Assembly: GCA_958009085.1 (NCBI GenBank)
Contig: OY253680.1
Span: forward strand, 682,001 to 746,000
Reading direction: 5' to 3'
DNA from: Protoeuglena noctilucae
Lineage: Eukaryota
Length of the DNA stretch: 64,000 nt
The position numbers and the translations under genes are program-made. The notes under the pieces are model-generated. The model ran no database searches, was not told where the DNA came from, and saw only the letters and a list, made by a program, of their open reading frames with translations. Shown piece after piece: positions 11,156 through 22,300 of the stretch (positions within the stretch are counted from its first letter, which is position 1; every line of letters starts with the position of its first letter).

Positions 11156-14089
11156 TCACCTCCCCTGCTTGTAGAAGTCGTCCACTTCCTTGTATTGGTC
11201 CATGATGGTCTCCGCACGCAGTCGCCTGGCCATGTCGGTGGCCACGCCCACCAGGATGAGCACCGAGGTGCCCGCGAAGCCACGGAAGGCCTGCGAGGGC
11301 AACGAGGGTACCAGGAGAGATGGGCACAAGACCCAACCCACTCACATACCCCTCTCATCCACCCCTTGGCTTCCCTTGGCTTCTCTCTCACATCAGCCAT
11401 GCTCACCATCTACCCCCACTCTCACCCAACACCCACCCATCTGTCCATCCACTCGCCTGGAGGTGCGTGACGGCCTCCACGAGCGCAGGCGCGGCCGCCA
11501 GTGCCCCCAGGAACGCCGACCCCAGCACCGACATCCGCGCGAGGGTGTCTGTGATGAAGTCCGCCGTGTTCTTGCCGGGGCGGATGCCTGGGGAGGAATG
11601 GCAGCATTTGATGCTGATAAGTACATGTTACTACTATTATACTTGGCAACAAGTTAGTACTAGAACCCTAACACAGCGATGCTCATCGATGCAAGACGGG
11701 GCGGGTGCGACGCGCTTGCTGTCAGGTGACTGGTCTCTGTGGGCTCTCTAAACACTCCATGCGTCACATCCAGATGAGACCCTCACCAGCCAGGGACGCC
11801 CCCTGCCTCTTCAGCTGGTCTGCCACGTCGCTGGGCTCGAATTGCAAAAAGGTGTAGTAGTAGTTGAACATGACGATCAGGGCGATGTTGAAGGGGAGGT
11901 ACAGGGAGCCGGAGGGGGTGAAGGCGGCAGCCGCGGACTCAATCGTGGGGTTGTCTGCAAGAACAGTGCGGGTGGGGTGGGTTGAGATGTGAGGGGTTAC
12001 ATCAGATTGGGTGCGAGAGGTGAGGTGTGGTGAGCGTCATGGATGTGACGGACGAAAGGTGACAATGAGCAAGGTGAGAAGTAGGCATGCGTTGCGCTGC
12101 TTTGCTCACTGGAGAACCGCGCGAGGGACGCCGGGAGCGCCAGGAGGGAGGTGGAGAAGATGACCGGCATGACGCCCGTTGCATTGACCTGCAAGGGACA
12201 GACAGAGAGGCATAGAAACCAGTCACATGACATGTAAATGACACTAACTGTCTAGATGGCAGCAGCCGTGCGCTGTGTCGATAACTTGCGAACGATGACA
12301 TCCCACACGGCATCTCAGTCGGTCACACCACGCAACGTGCCGTGCCATACCCCTGCACCCTCTTGTACCCTTAACCAAGCCTCTCACCTTGAACGGCAGG
12401 AACGCGTTCTTCCCGATGGAGAACCCCGCCCTGCCCTGGTACTGGCTGGCGTAGTTGATGGGGATGCGGCGCTCGGCCTCCTGCACATACACGATGCCCA
12501 AACACGTGGCCAGAAAGGCACCCAGGAACACCCCGACGCTGCCCCAGCCCTGCTCCGCGGCCTGCTGGAGGGTGGCGCCCAGGGAGGTGGGCAGGGCGGA
12601 CACGATCGACACGAAGATGAGGATGGAGGTGCCGTTGCCCAGCTTGAGCTTGGTGATCTCGTCGGCGATCCACACCAGCGCCATGGCGCCGCCCGTGAGC
12701 AGCAGCGCGTTGCCCGCCAGCCACTCCAGCGTGAAGTCGTCCACGAAGGGCCTGCGAATGGGTGGAGGTGGAGGTGTTGGTGATATGTGTGGTGGTGCAG
12801 TGAACTACATATGTGCAGTAATGGAGCTGCCTGATAGACTGACTGTGCAATAACAGAGCTGCCCCGCCAGGCCCAACCGCCATGCCACACGGTGTTCCAC
12901 TGCACCCTCGCTTGAGGTAATTGAAAAGCCACTCAGCTGCCTGCCCTGTCAACACATGCCCACCCTGCCCACTCTGCTACTCTGCCCTCGCTTGAGGTAG
13001 TTGAGCTGCCCTATCAACCATTGCCCACCCTGCCCCTCCCACCCTCGCCTGAGGTAGTTGAGTTGCCCAATGGCCTGCGCCAGGGCGAACACCACCGCCG
13101 CGTATTTTTGGTAGTCCTGGAACTTCTTCCTCCCCACGGGTCCCTCGCGCTGCATCTCCTTGAGCTCCGGGAAGGCCGTGGAGAGCAGCTGGAACACGAT
13201 CGACGCGTTGATGTAGGGCACAATGCCGAGCGTGAAGACCCCCACGCGCGAGATGGACCCGCCCGTCAACGCGTCCACGTAGGAGAGGACGCCCGCGGCG
13301 CCGTCCGTGCCGCCCTGGAGCGCCGCGGCGAAGGCCTCGCGGTCCACCCCAGAGATGGGGATGTAGACGCCGATGCGCGAGATGAGCACCAGCAGGAGGA
13401 GCTTCGCCAGCTTGCCGCCCACCGTCTCCGGAGCGTCACCGCCGCCCGCGGACATCCCGCCGCGGTTCCGGTCGCCCGCGATCGTCCCCACCGGGGCGGT
13501 CAGGCCCCGCAGCGCGAGGGACAGGCGCTCAAAGGCCACCCCGGCCGACTGCGGGCGCGAACGAGCGCCGTGAGCGATGCGGCGGATGCAATGTGGGTCG
13601 TACGAAACATCGCGCTCGCGAGGGCTCACCGGCGCGGAGAAGACGCCCAGCGGGTCACGCTCCACGGGCGGTGGCAGCGCGAGGGTCCCCGCCCCCGACG
13701 CGTGGACCTGCGGAGGGCCCGACCAGTCGATGCGGGAATTGACACAGCAGTGCATGACGGGAGCGAGATCCTAGGCGGCGAGGCGAGCGACGCGCGCGGC
13801 GCGGAGCTCTGGATAACGGGCGCCGGCGGTCCGCCCCGCGCACTCGATGAGCGGGAGCACGTGCAGACGCACATATCGATGCATCTACATAACAAGATGT
13901 TCAGGACAGCAGCATCCGGCCCAGGTCCTCGCATCGGCGACGGGGGGGCACGCGGCCCACCTGGACATTTCGTGACGCCCGCAGCAAGAGCCCGGACACG
14001 CGACGATGTGCTTGCGTCAGCCTCTTCCGCCCACTCAACGATGCCGCGGCCGAGCCGGGCACTGTCCCTGCAGAACTTGCGCCCAGCAT
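11156..14089 (-). CDS. secY: Plastid preprotein translocase SecY (thylakoid SCY1 type)
   Basis: RIGVYIPISGVD, SISRVGVFTLGIVPYINASIVFQLL, WIADEITKLKLGNGTSILIF, AERRIPINYA, KVNATGVMPVIF, GTSVLILVGVATD. First exon resembles a transit peptide (MLGASSAG...RASRNVQ). Confidence 0.96.
12905..13075. repeat. Three copies of the SecY exon end and splice donor (QLNYLR / GCGAGGG)
   Basis: CCCTCGCYTGAGGTARTTGA at 12905, 12985 and 13042. The copy at 13042 is the inferred real junction. Confidence 0.85.
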
Positions 14090-14503
14090 GGCTGGCTTCC
14101 ACACTGCCCCGCCTGCTCGGCAATGCCCTGGCGCAAGCGAACGATGCAAGCCGGCTCTTGATGGGCTAAGCCGATGCGACGATCTAGATGCGGCTACTGG
14201 GCCGGTTTGGGGGCTTAGAGGCAACTCGCGAGCGGCAGCTACGTAGGGGCTGCTTGGGTCTGCCCGGCCACGATGGGACACTGCCGATGCTAAGGGGGGC
14301 CAGTAGCACGACATCTATTGGCGTTAAACCGGTCTGGCGACTGGAAGCCGCAGCAGACGTCTAATCTGACACTTTTTCCTCGCCCGTTTCGCGCCCGGAG
14401 CGATTTGCTGCTGTCCAGCGATCGCACGCCGTAAAGTGAGACGAACGCGGACTAGAAAACCTGCTCGTTTCATTCCTTGTCGCTTGTGGGAAGCCCAGAG
14501 AGC

Positions 14504-15577
14504 ATGCAGGCCGTCCGCCTTTCCACGGCCCCCGCCAAGGCCCCCGTGGGTGAGTTTGAGCACATTGCTGATACCTGACCCCTCGGCGTCCCCGTTGATC
14601 GCCTGTCGTGTTCGTTGGATGAATCCGAACCGGCTCGGCGCCCCTTCTCGATCGTCGAGGGAGCCTCGGCGAGCGCCTCGTGTCTCTATGAGCCGCGACG
14701 GCATTGTGCGATCTACATCTGGGCCGGCGGCCTTCCCCGCCCCCTCACGGCGTCGGCCGCGCCGGGATTTCCTCCCCCAGCAAGAGCGCCCGCCCGGCGA
14801 TCGCTTGGGGCGCCGGACGGGACGCTGCGGGCTTTGCTGTGGGTTTCGGTCGCACATTTGCAGATCCGGACGCCGCGGGCGTCTGGAGCGCTTTCATCCA
14901 GCTGACCAGCCTCGCACATGCCTGCGCGGGCGTGATCCTCCGCGCCTGCGACGCTGCGGCCCGCGCCGCGCCGCAATCGGGCCCGATTGCGAGTCTTTGC
15001 CTATCAACCTGCACCTGCCCCCCTTCCCCGCAGCGCGCGCGTCGGTGGTGGCGCACGCTGCCCCCGTCGACCGCCGGGCCGCCCTCGGGGTTCTCTCCGG
15101 CCTGCTGGCCGCGACGATCGCCGGCCGCGCCGACGCGTACGTGAACGCGGCGCAGGAGTCGATGGGCGGCCTGGGCCGGGCCACGGGCGGCCGCGGCTCG
15201 CTCCCCAAGAACACGTCGTACGCCAGCATGTCCAACTACAGCCTCGAGTCTGGCATCAAGAAGGCCTCCGCCGTGAGCCCCAAGCGCCGCCGGGAGCTGC
15301 TCGCCAAGGTGAGATGTAACCTGAGGCTGTGCCTTGTTAACATGCGGTACCCACGCACCCTCCAATGCACGCACCCGTATCCCACTCCTCGTGGCCCCAC
15401 TGCCCGTGGTCACGTCATGCATGCCCGTCATGCATGCCAAGCCACGCACCCAAGCATCTTGCTCGTATCACCACACCCTTGCTCAATTCGTCTCCCCCAC
15501 AGACAAAGGCCGAGCTGGTGGCCCTGGGGAACAAGAAGGCCCCCGCGGCCCCGGCCCCCAAGGACAAGAAGAAGTAA
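14504..15577 (+). CDS. Small basic thylakoid-lumen protein with a bipartite twin-arginine (Tat) transit peptide
   Basis: Exons ~14504-14549, 15034-15308 and 15502-15577. Sequence MQAVRLSTAPAKAPV...VDRRAALGVLSGLLAATIAGRADA|YVNAAQ shows RR, a hydrophobic core and an AxA site. Lys-rich C-terminus, TAA stop. Confidence 0.8.
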
Positions 15578-16319
15578 AGCACGAAAGCACAAGAAGCACA
15601 GAGCACGATGAGTCCATGTGGCTGCACCGGGACTCTGCTCTGCTGCTAAGAGAGAGTTGGGGGTGACTTGCAGCAGGGTGCCCTTGGGTGGGTTGGGTGT
15701 GCCTCTGGCATGGTGTAGCTGCGGTGCGAAGGTGACAGCCTTGCGCGTCCTGACTAGCTGTGGAGTGAGCGAGCTTTTTCGAAACACATTCAAGATGCGA
15801 TGTTGTTGACGCGCGGGCGCCCCGGAGAGAGCCGCGCTTGGGACGGGAACGTGACAGCGTGACAGCATGTGGGGGGCTGGTAACAGGCACTCACGCTGGC
15901 AGCGAGAGTGGGGCGCAAGCAAAGACGGGCCCGCTCAGGCACAAGGATGCCCTGTCCCGGGCTACTGAGCAGCAGGCAGGAACACTGTAGGCGGGCGTGT
16001 TGCCAACTCTGACAAGTAACACGTCACCCATCACTTTCACCATCACCATCACCAACACCTCTGCAGCTGCCGGGAGCTGCACTAAGCTGTCACCGTCACT
16101 GGTCACCCGTCACCGCTGCAGCTGCCGGGAGCTGGTCTGTGGCAGGAGGCTCCGCACACTGACCCCTCCCTGAGGCGGCACGGCAGCGCGGGAGCCGGAG
16201 ACGGTCGCGGTGGCCGCACTGCCGGTGCCTGACGCGGGGCCTGCGACAGTGCCCGTGGCTGATCCGGAGATGGACAGGCCCGCGATGCCCAGGGGCCCCG
16301 AGAGGTGGGCGTGGAGCAG

Positions 16320-19300
16320 CTAGGGGCCGCGCTTGAGGGGGGGGTCGGAGCCGTCGCCTCCCTGTGCGGGTGGGTGTGAGGGTGAGGGTGGGGGTGGGGG
16401 TGGGGGTGAGGGTGAGGGTGGGGTGAGGGTGGCAGTAGGGGTGGCGTTGAGGGTGGCAGTGGGGGTGGCAGTGAGGGTGAGGGTGGTTGGCACAGAGAGC
16501 AGAGTTGCGAACACATGAACAGACAACATCGCTTGCTGCACCACCCCCAAACACTCCCCCGCCACGTCGCCTCACCGGCACGTACACGGCCGCGGGCATC
16601 TCCCTCCCGTCGATCGTCATCGTCTGCAGCCTCACGGGCAGCTTGGCACCCGGGGGCAACCCCTGCTGCGCCTGGGCCTGCTGCTGCTGGAAGAACTCCT
16701 GTTGGGCGACCAATGCATCGGCCGCGTCTCGCTCTTCGGGCTCCACGGGGCGGCCGTCCAGGAGGGCCAATGAGGGGACCACGGCCAGCACGTGGACCTG
16801 TGTTGGGGGTGGGGGAGATGGGGGGGTGTGAGAGGTGAGAGGGTGTGGGAGATGGGGGTGTGGGAGGTGAGAGGGAGTGTGAGGTGAGGGTGGCAGGAAG
16901 TACACCACATGGTGCTTGGGTCTTATCCTAATCACTCACTGCCCTCTCGCCCTCTCCCTCACTACTACTCCCCTCCCCCACAACCCCCCACACCCAGTGC
17001 GTACACAACAATCACTCACAACCCTCTCTCCCTCACTACTCCTCTCTTGTTCCCTCCACAACCCCCCCAACTCACCCGATGCGTGGCGCGCCGGGCGATG
17101 GGGTTGGCCGCCATGTCCAGGTCCCTCAGCGCCGTGAGCCCCACGAGCCTCTCCACCTCCCCTGTCTCCATAATGCGATTGTGACTCAGATTAACCTTAG
17201 CCAGCGTCTGCATGCCCGACAGGCCGGGCACGGTGCGGACCAGGTTGCGCTCTAATGAGAGGATGCGCAGTCGGCGCAGGCCGTGCAGGCCCCCTCTGTC
17301 CACGGTCTTGATCTTGTTGCCGTCCAGGAAGAGCTCCTGGGGGGAGTGGGGGTGGGGGTGCGGGGGGGGGGGTGAGAGGGGTGGGTGACTGGGTGAGGGT
17401 GGCTATGTGTCGGTGGGATGGGTGTTGGATCAGGTTAAAGCAGCATGGGTGGGTGCAAGTGCACCGCATGCTACAATCAACAAACGATCAACTTTCGCAA
17501 TCAACTTGTGTGTGCATTACCATGTGCATAACCAAGCAAGTAACGCATGCCCTTCACCTCGAGCGCGGACAGCCCCTGCAGCCCCTCAATGGCACTGATC
17601 TCGTTGTTGCTGAGCTTGAGCACCTTGAGCTGGGGGGAGAGGTAAGAAGGGAGGAGTCTGGAGATGGAAAGGAGCCCTATGCCATGCTCACCCTACCCTC
17701 ACTCTACTCCTCCCCCCCACCCCTCCCTCACCTGGCTGAGCGCCCTCAGCTGCAGCGATGCGACGCTCTGCACCGCGTTGCCCCCCAGCTCCAATGCTTC
17801 CAAACACGCAAATGGCCTCGGCGCCACCATCACCCCCGGCAGCGACGGCGACGGCCCCTGGTCTTGTATGGCGAATGACGCGCTCGCCATTCGGTTGTCG
17901 TTCAGGCACAGCGTGCGCAGCGATGGGAGCCACGCGAAGGGCGACGCGGATGTGATGGCGTTGGCGTTTAGGGATAACACCGCAAGGCATGCGAAGTCCT
18001 CGGTTGGGAATACTTGAGATACGTCTCTGACGCGCATTCTGGAGATGTCGAGCTCTCGGATGCGGGAGAAGCTGCGGTGGCCCACTTGCTCCTCCAGAAA
18101 GTCGACTGGGGGAAGGGGGGGGGGAAGGGAGGGGAGTGGGGGTGGGGGTGTGGGGGTGAGTGGGGAAGTGCAGTGACTGATGGGTGAGGGTAGCAACGGT
18201 CATCGTATCAGTAGTGTATATAATCATCATGCTGTCATGCAGTGAATGGTTATTGCAGATGCATGACAGATGCACTCACCGGTGAGTCTCCCGCTGTACT
18301 CCTGCCTGGCGGCCGCTTGCTCGGCGGGCTCCACGGGGCGGCCATCCAGCACCTGGGGTGGGGGTGGAGGTGATGTGATGTGATGTGATGTAACAGCCAT
18401 ATATCTGCACCCATACATGCATTCAAACCATAAGAATCGCCACCCCCCTCACCTTGAGTCTCCGGACATGGTATACGGTAAACAGTCGGTAGTCGTCGCT
18501 CTTGGTCATGGGATTATCGGACAGATCGAGGATGATGAGGTGGGGGAGGTCTTTGAGGTGAAGCACCTCGCGGGGAGCCTCGATGCGGTTGCCGGAACTG
18601 AGAAGGGGGAGAGAGGGGGGATGAGGTTTGTGAGTGAGATTGACTTGCTAATGTTACCATGACCAATCGATGCGGTTGCCGGAACTGGGGGGGGGAGGTG
18701 AGATGGATCGGTTGATAGTGTAACGCCACACTCATATGATTGATTAGAGTCACACCTCGATGCGGTTGCCGGAACTGAGAGAAAGAAGGGTGGGTGGGAC
18801 TGTCGGTTAAAAACAACAATGCTGCACGACTGATCGATGCGGTTGCCGGAACTGACAGGGGAAGGGTGGGTGAGATTGGTTGATCGTTTCGATTCTACAC
18901 AGCAACACTTGGATTAACCACCCCTCGCATCCCACCCCACACCTGACCAGTTTACACCCCCCACCCCCCCATGCTACCCTCACCAGTACAGCTCCATGAG
19001 CGACGTGAGGGACGCCAGCCCCTGCAGCGAGGTGAGCAGGTTGTCGTCCACGCTCAGGTGCGTGAGGTTCCCCAGGGGACGCAGTCCCGTCAAGCTCTGC
19101 AGGAGATTGGCGTCGACTTCCAGCTTCCGCAGCTGCGGCACGTCTCTGACGCCGTCGACGTCAGAAACGCAGTTGTCGCCTAAGTGCAGCTCCTCCAAGC
19201 GACTGAGGCCCGCTAGGTTCTCGATGCGCGTGATCTCGTTGTCGCGCAAGGACAGGCGCTGCAGGGATGTGAGGCCGTCCAGGCTGTGAATGCGGCTGCG

Positions 19301-22300
19301 GGGAGAGGGGGGAGGGGGGTAGCGGTGTGGGTGTGGGTGTGGGTGTGGGTGTGGGTGTGGGTGGCAGTCAACAAGTGGCGCTGAGGAGAGGATTGGGTTG
19401 TCTTACTAGCAATCAGCACTGCAAGAGGCAAGCGGATGGCTGCGGATGACATGGGGAGTGTCGGTTGAATGAAACAATAACAACCACATGTGTCCCTCAC
19501 CGCACTCGCTTCCCCTCGATGACCACCTCCTCGACTGCCCCACGCCAGTCGCTGTTACTGGCACTGGCATTGGCACTGGCAGCAGTGGTGGTGGTGGCTG
19601 TGTCTGCAGTCGCTGCGAGGGGCGCCCCGGACTCCCACACCGTGCGGCGGTAGCTGCGGGGACAGAGAGGGGGAAGGAGAGTGAGTGAGTGAGTGAGTGA
19701 GTGGACTGACTGAGAGGGGAGATGTGAACAGGACAAGCATCGACATGGTTGCCGTGTCGAGATGTGATGATGGGTCTATCACATCACACGTCGGGAACAT
19801 CGGCTTGCACTTGGTATAGCAATACCGATACTAGCATTGGCATTACTACCATCACCACCACTCATCAGCTGCCCCGTCACTCTCACCTGTACGCGTGCTG
19901 CTTGACCACCGTGGGGGTGAGGGCGCTGCTGCCCGTACCCTCGAACTCCTGCCGCCTGGATGGGGGGAGTATTGCACCTGTCAAAACACATGTATGATAC
20001 TATATGGTACTATATCGATGTACATGTATAGGACTAGATGCAAGTGACGTCGACCGACACAAGTCACGTGCCCACCAGTCACGACTCATGTACCATCACC
20101 ATTCATGACTTATAAAACACTGCCATATCGCCTCGCGTCTCCTCACCTGACGGGCGCCCCATCAAGCATTGTTAACATCGCCAGCCGCCGCACAGCGAGG
20201 GCCTTGTAGGGCTTGGCCTCTGCCACGGGGTTGCCACGCAAGTCGAGTTTGGTCAAATCCGGGCAGTACTTGCGAAGCAAATTGATGTCCTCCAGTCCCC
20301 ATATGGAGTTTCCGGACAGGTCGAGGTTGGTCTGGAGGGAGGGGAAGAGGGTGGGGGAGAGGGGATGTGGGATGTGGGGTGGGTGCATACAAGAGGGTCA
20401 CTGGAGAGTCACTGACACTCATAAGCATCCTGTTGCAATCACATCCTGTCACTATCACGGCCACTCACCAGCCCCGCCTGCCCCTTTGAGCCCCTCCATG
20501 CAGTTACCGTCACTATCACAGTCACTATCACGGCCCCTCACCAGTCCTGCCTGCCCCTTAAGCCCCTCCACGCGGTGGATGCGATTATGCGACAGATCCA
20601 GCACTCTCAGCCCCGTCAGGCACTCCAGTCCCTCAATGCGCGACAGGTGATTCCACGACAGCACCAGCTGAGTCAGGGCCGGGAGGGGAGCCAGAAACTC
20701 CACGCGCGCCACTGCGTTGCCGTGCAGGGACAGGAAGGTCAGGTCGTCGAGGGTGGGGGAGGTCCAGCCGAGCACCTCGCGAATGGTGGACTCTGGGGGG
20801 GAGTGCGAGGGGGGGTGGGGGATGGCAAGAATGTCCACTACTACAACAACTAGTGCAGCACTTACAGCACCTCTACTACCGCCCCGGTTGTCAACACACC
20901 ATAATCACCCCATCCCACCCTCACCGTTGAGCACGGTGACGGGCTGCCGTGGCTTCGACACCGGCGGCATGGCCAGCAGTCGGGCGTCCGCGTCGGCCGT
21001 GAATGCCTCCGGTCTTGTCGCGTCGGGGTAGGTGAGGGAGAGGAAGGGGAGCAGGCCGCGGGCCACGGGCTGAACTTCGCGGGGGAGGGACTGGGGGGCG
21101 AGAGAAGGGGGGGGTGTGTGGTGGGGATGGGAGTGGATGGGTGGGGTGAGAGTGGGGGGTGGGGTGGTGTGGGGTTGGCAGTGCACAGTGACAGGCAAGC
21201 AATCAAGCAAGTAAGGGTGAGGTAAGTGCTGTACCATGACGATGTTTCTTTAGCGTACATCTCTCTATGCACCTACTGCGTACTGTACAACTCCCAACTA
21301 CTATACACGACCCCCTGCTGAACCACACCTGCAGGTACTCCTGGTCCCTCTGCGTGACCTTGGGCCCGAACGTCCCCCCATTGGCCGTGGTGTATTCGAA
21401 CTCCACCAGGTACTCTGGCAGCAGCAGTGTGTCGCTGAGGGCGTACCACACCTTGGCCTTGGCGTTGCCCTGCACCACGCGACAGACCGTGTCGTACTGG
21501 GGGAAGAGGGACTTCTGTGGAGAGGGGGGAGAGTTAGTAACGGGGCTTATAAAAGAGAAAGGCAGGGAAGCAAGGGTGCCGAGAGGGATGGGGAGATTAG
21601 CTGACTGACTCCATATAACACCCACCCACCCCACCCCCTCACCCGTATGGGCCCCAGCCCCTTCCCCGCCCCCGCAGGCACGGGAACCACATACTGCTCC
21701 GTGTGCTGCCGACAGTGACCGGTGAGAGTCTTAACCAACAGCATGCGACCCTTCAACGCGCCCCTCCCCTCCCCCACTCTGCCCGCCTCCGCGCACCGTG
21801 GCAGGTCGGCCACCCCTGTCGCGTTGGTGAGGGGGATGGCGCCATCCAGGCCAAGCGCGGCGTACTCGGAGGGGTCCCTGGAGATTGAAGATGGGATGAG
21901 GGGAATGATGATGGGTCACTGGCACATGAGCGATAACCGATTGCGTTTGGTGCGGGGAGCGCGAGTGCATGGCTGTCAGTGCATGGCGGTGTGAACAAAC
22001 CGCACCCATCGCAACTCCACGCATCCTACTACCCATAACCCCAGTGATCCCCCCTTAATTCACCTGAACCCCTCCTCCGCGATCCTTATCAGCTCCGCCT
22101 CCCCGCCCCCCATCCTCGGATCCACTCCGTAAAACAGGTACTCAACGGGGGACCTGCCACTCCCACCCTGAGGCAGCGCCCCGGCCTTGGCCATGCGAGC
22201 CGCCACTGCGTCCGATTCCCTCTCAAACGCACCCCTTAGGTGCCGGTTGTGCACCCTAACCACGCGGGTGACGGCGACGGAAGCGATGCGCAGGCCGGGG

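Noticed and set aside
13021..14169. Long ORFs from the six-frame track (e.g. 13021-14169+, 27883-28794+, 39055-40158-, 55265-57148-, 56608-57834-, 59538-60707+)
   Set aside because: Antisense or off-frame shadows of real GC-rich coding exons, with no motifs of their own.
18580..18854. Identical 21-bp repeats with spacers, resembling a CRISPR array
   Set aside because: The repeat is a splice acceptor plus exon start in a eukaryotic intron. The spacers are related to each other and low-complexity, and there are no cas genes.
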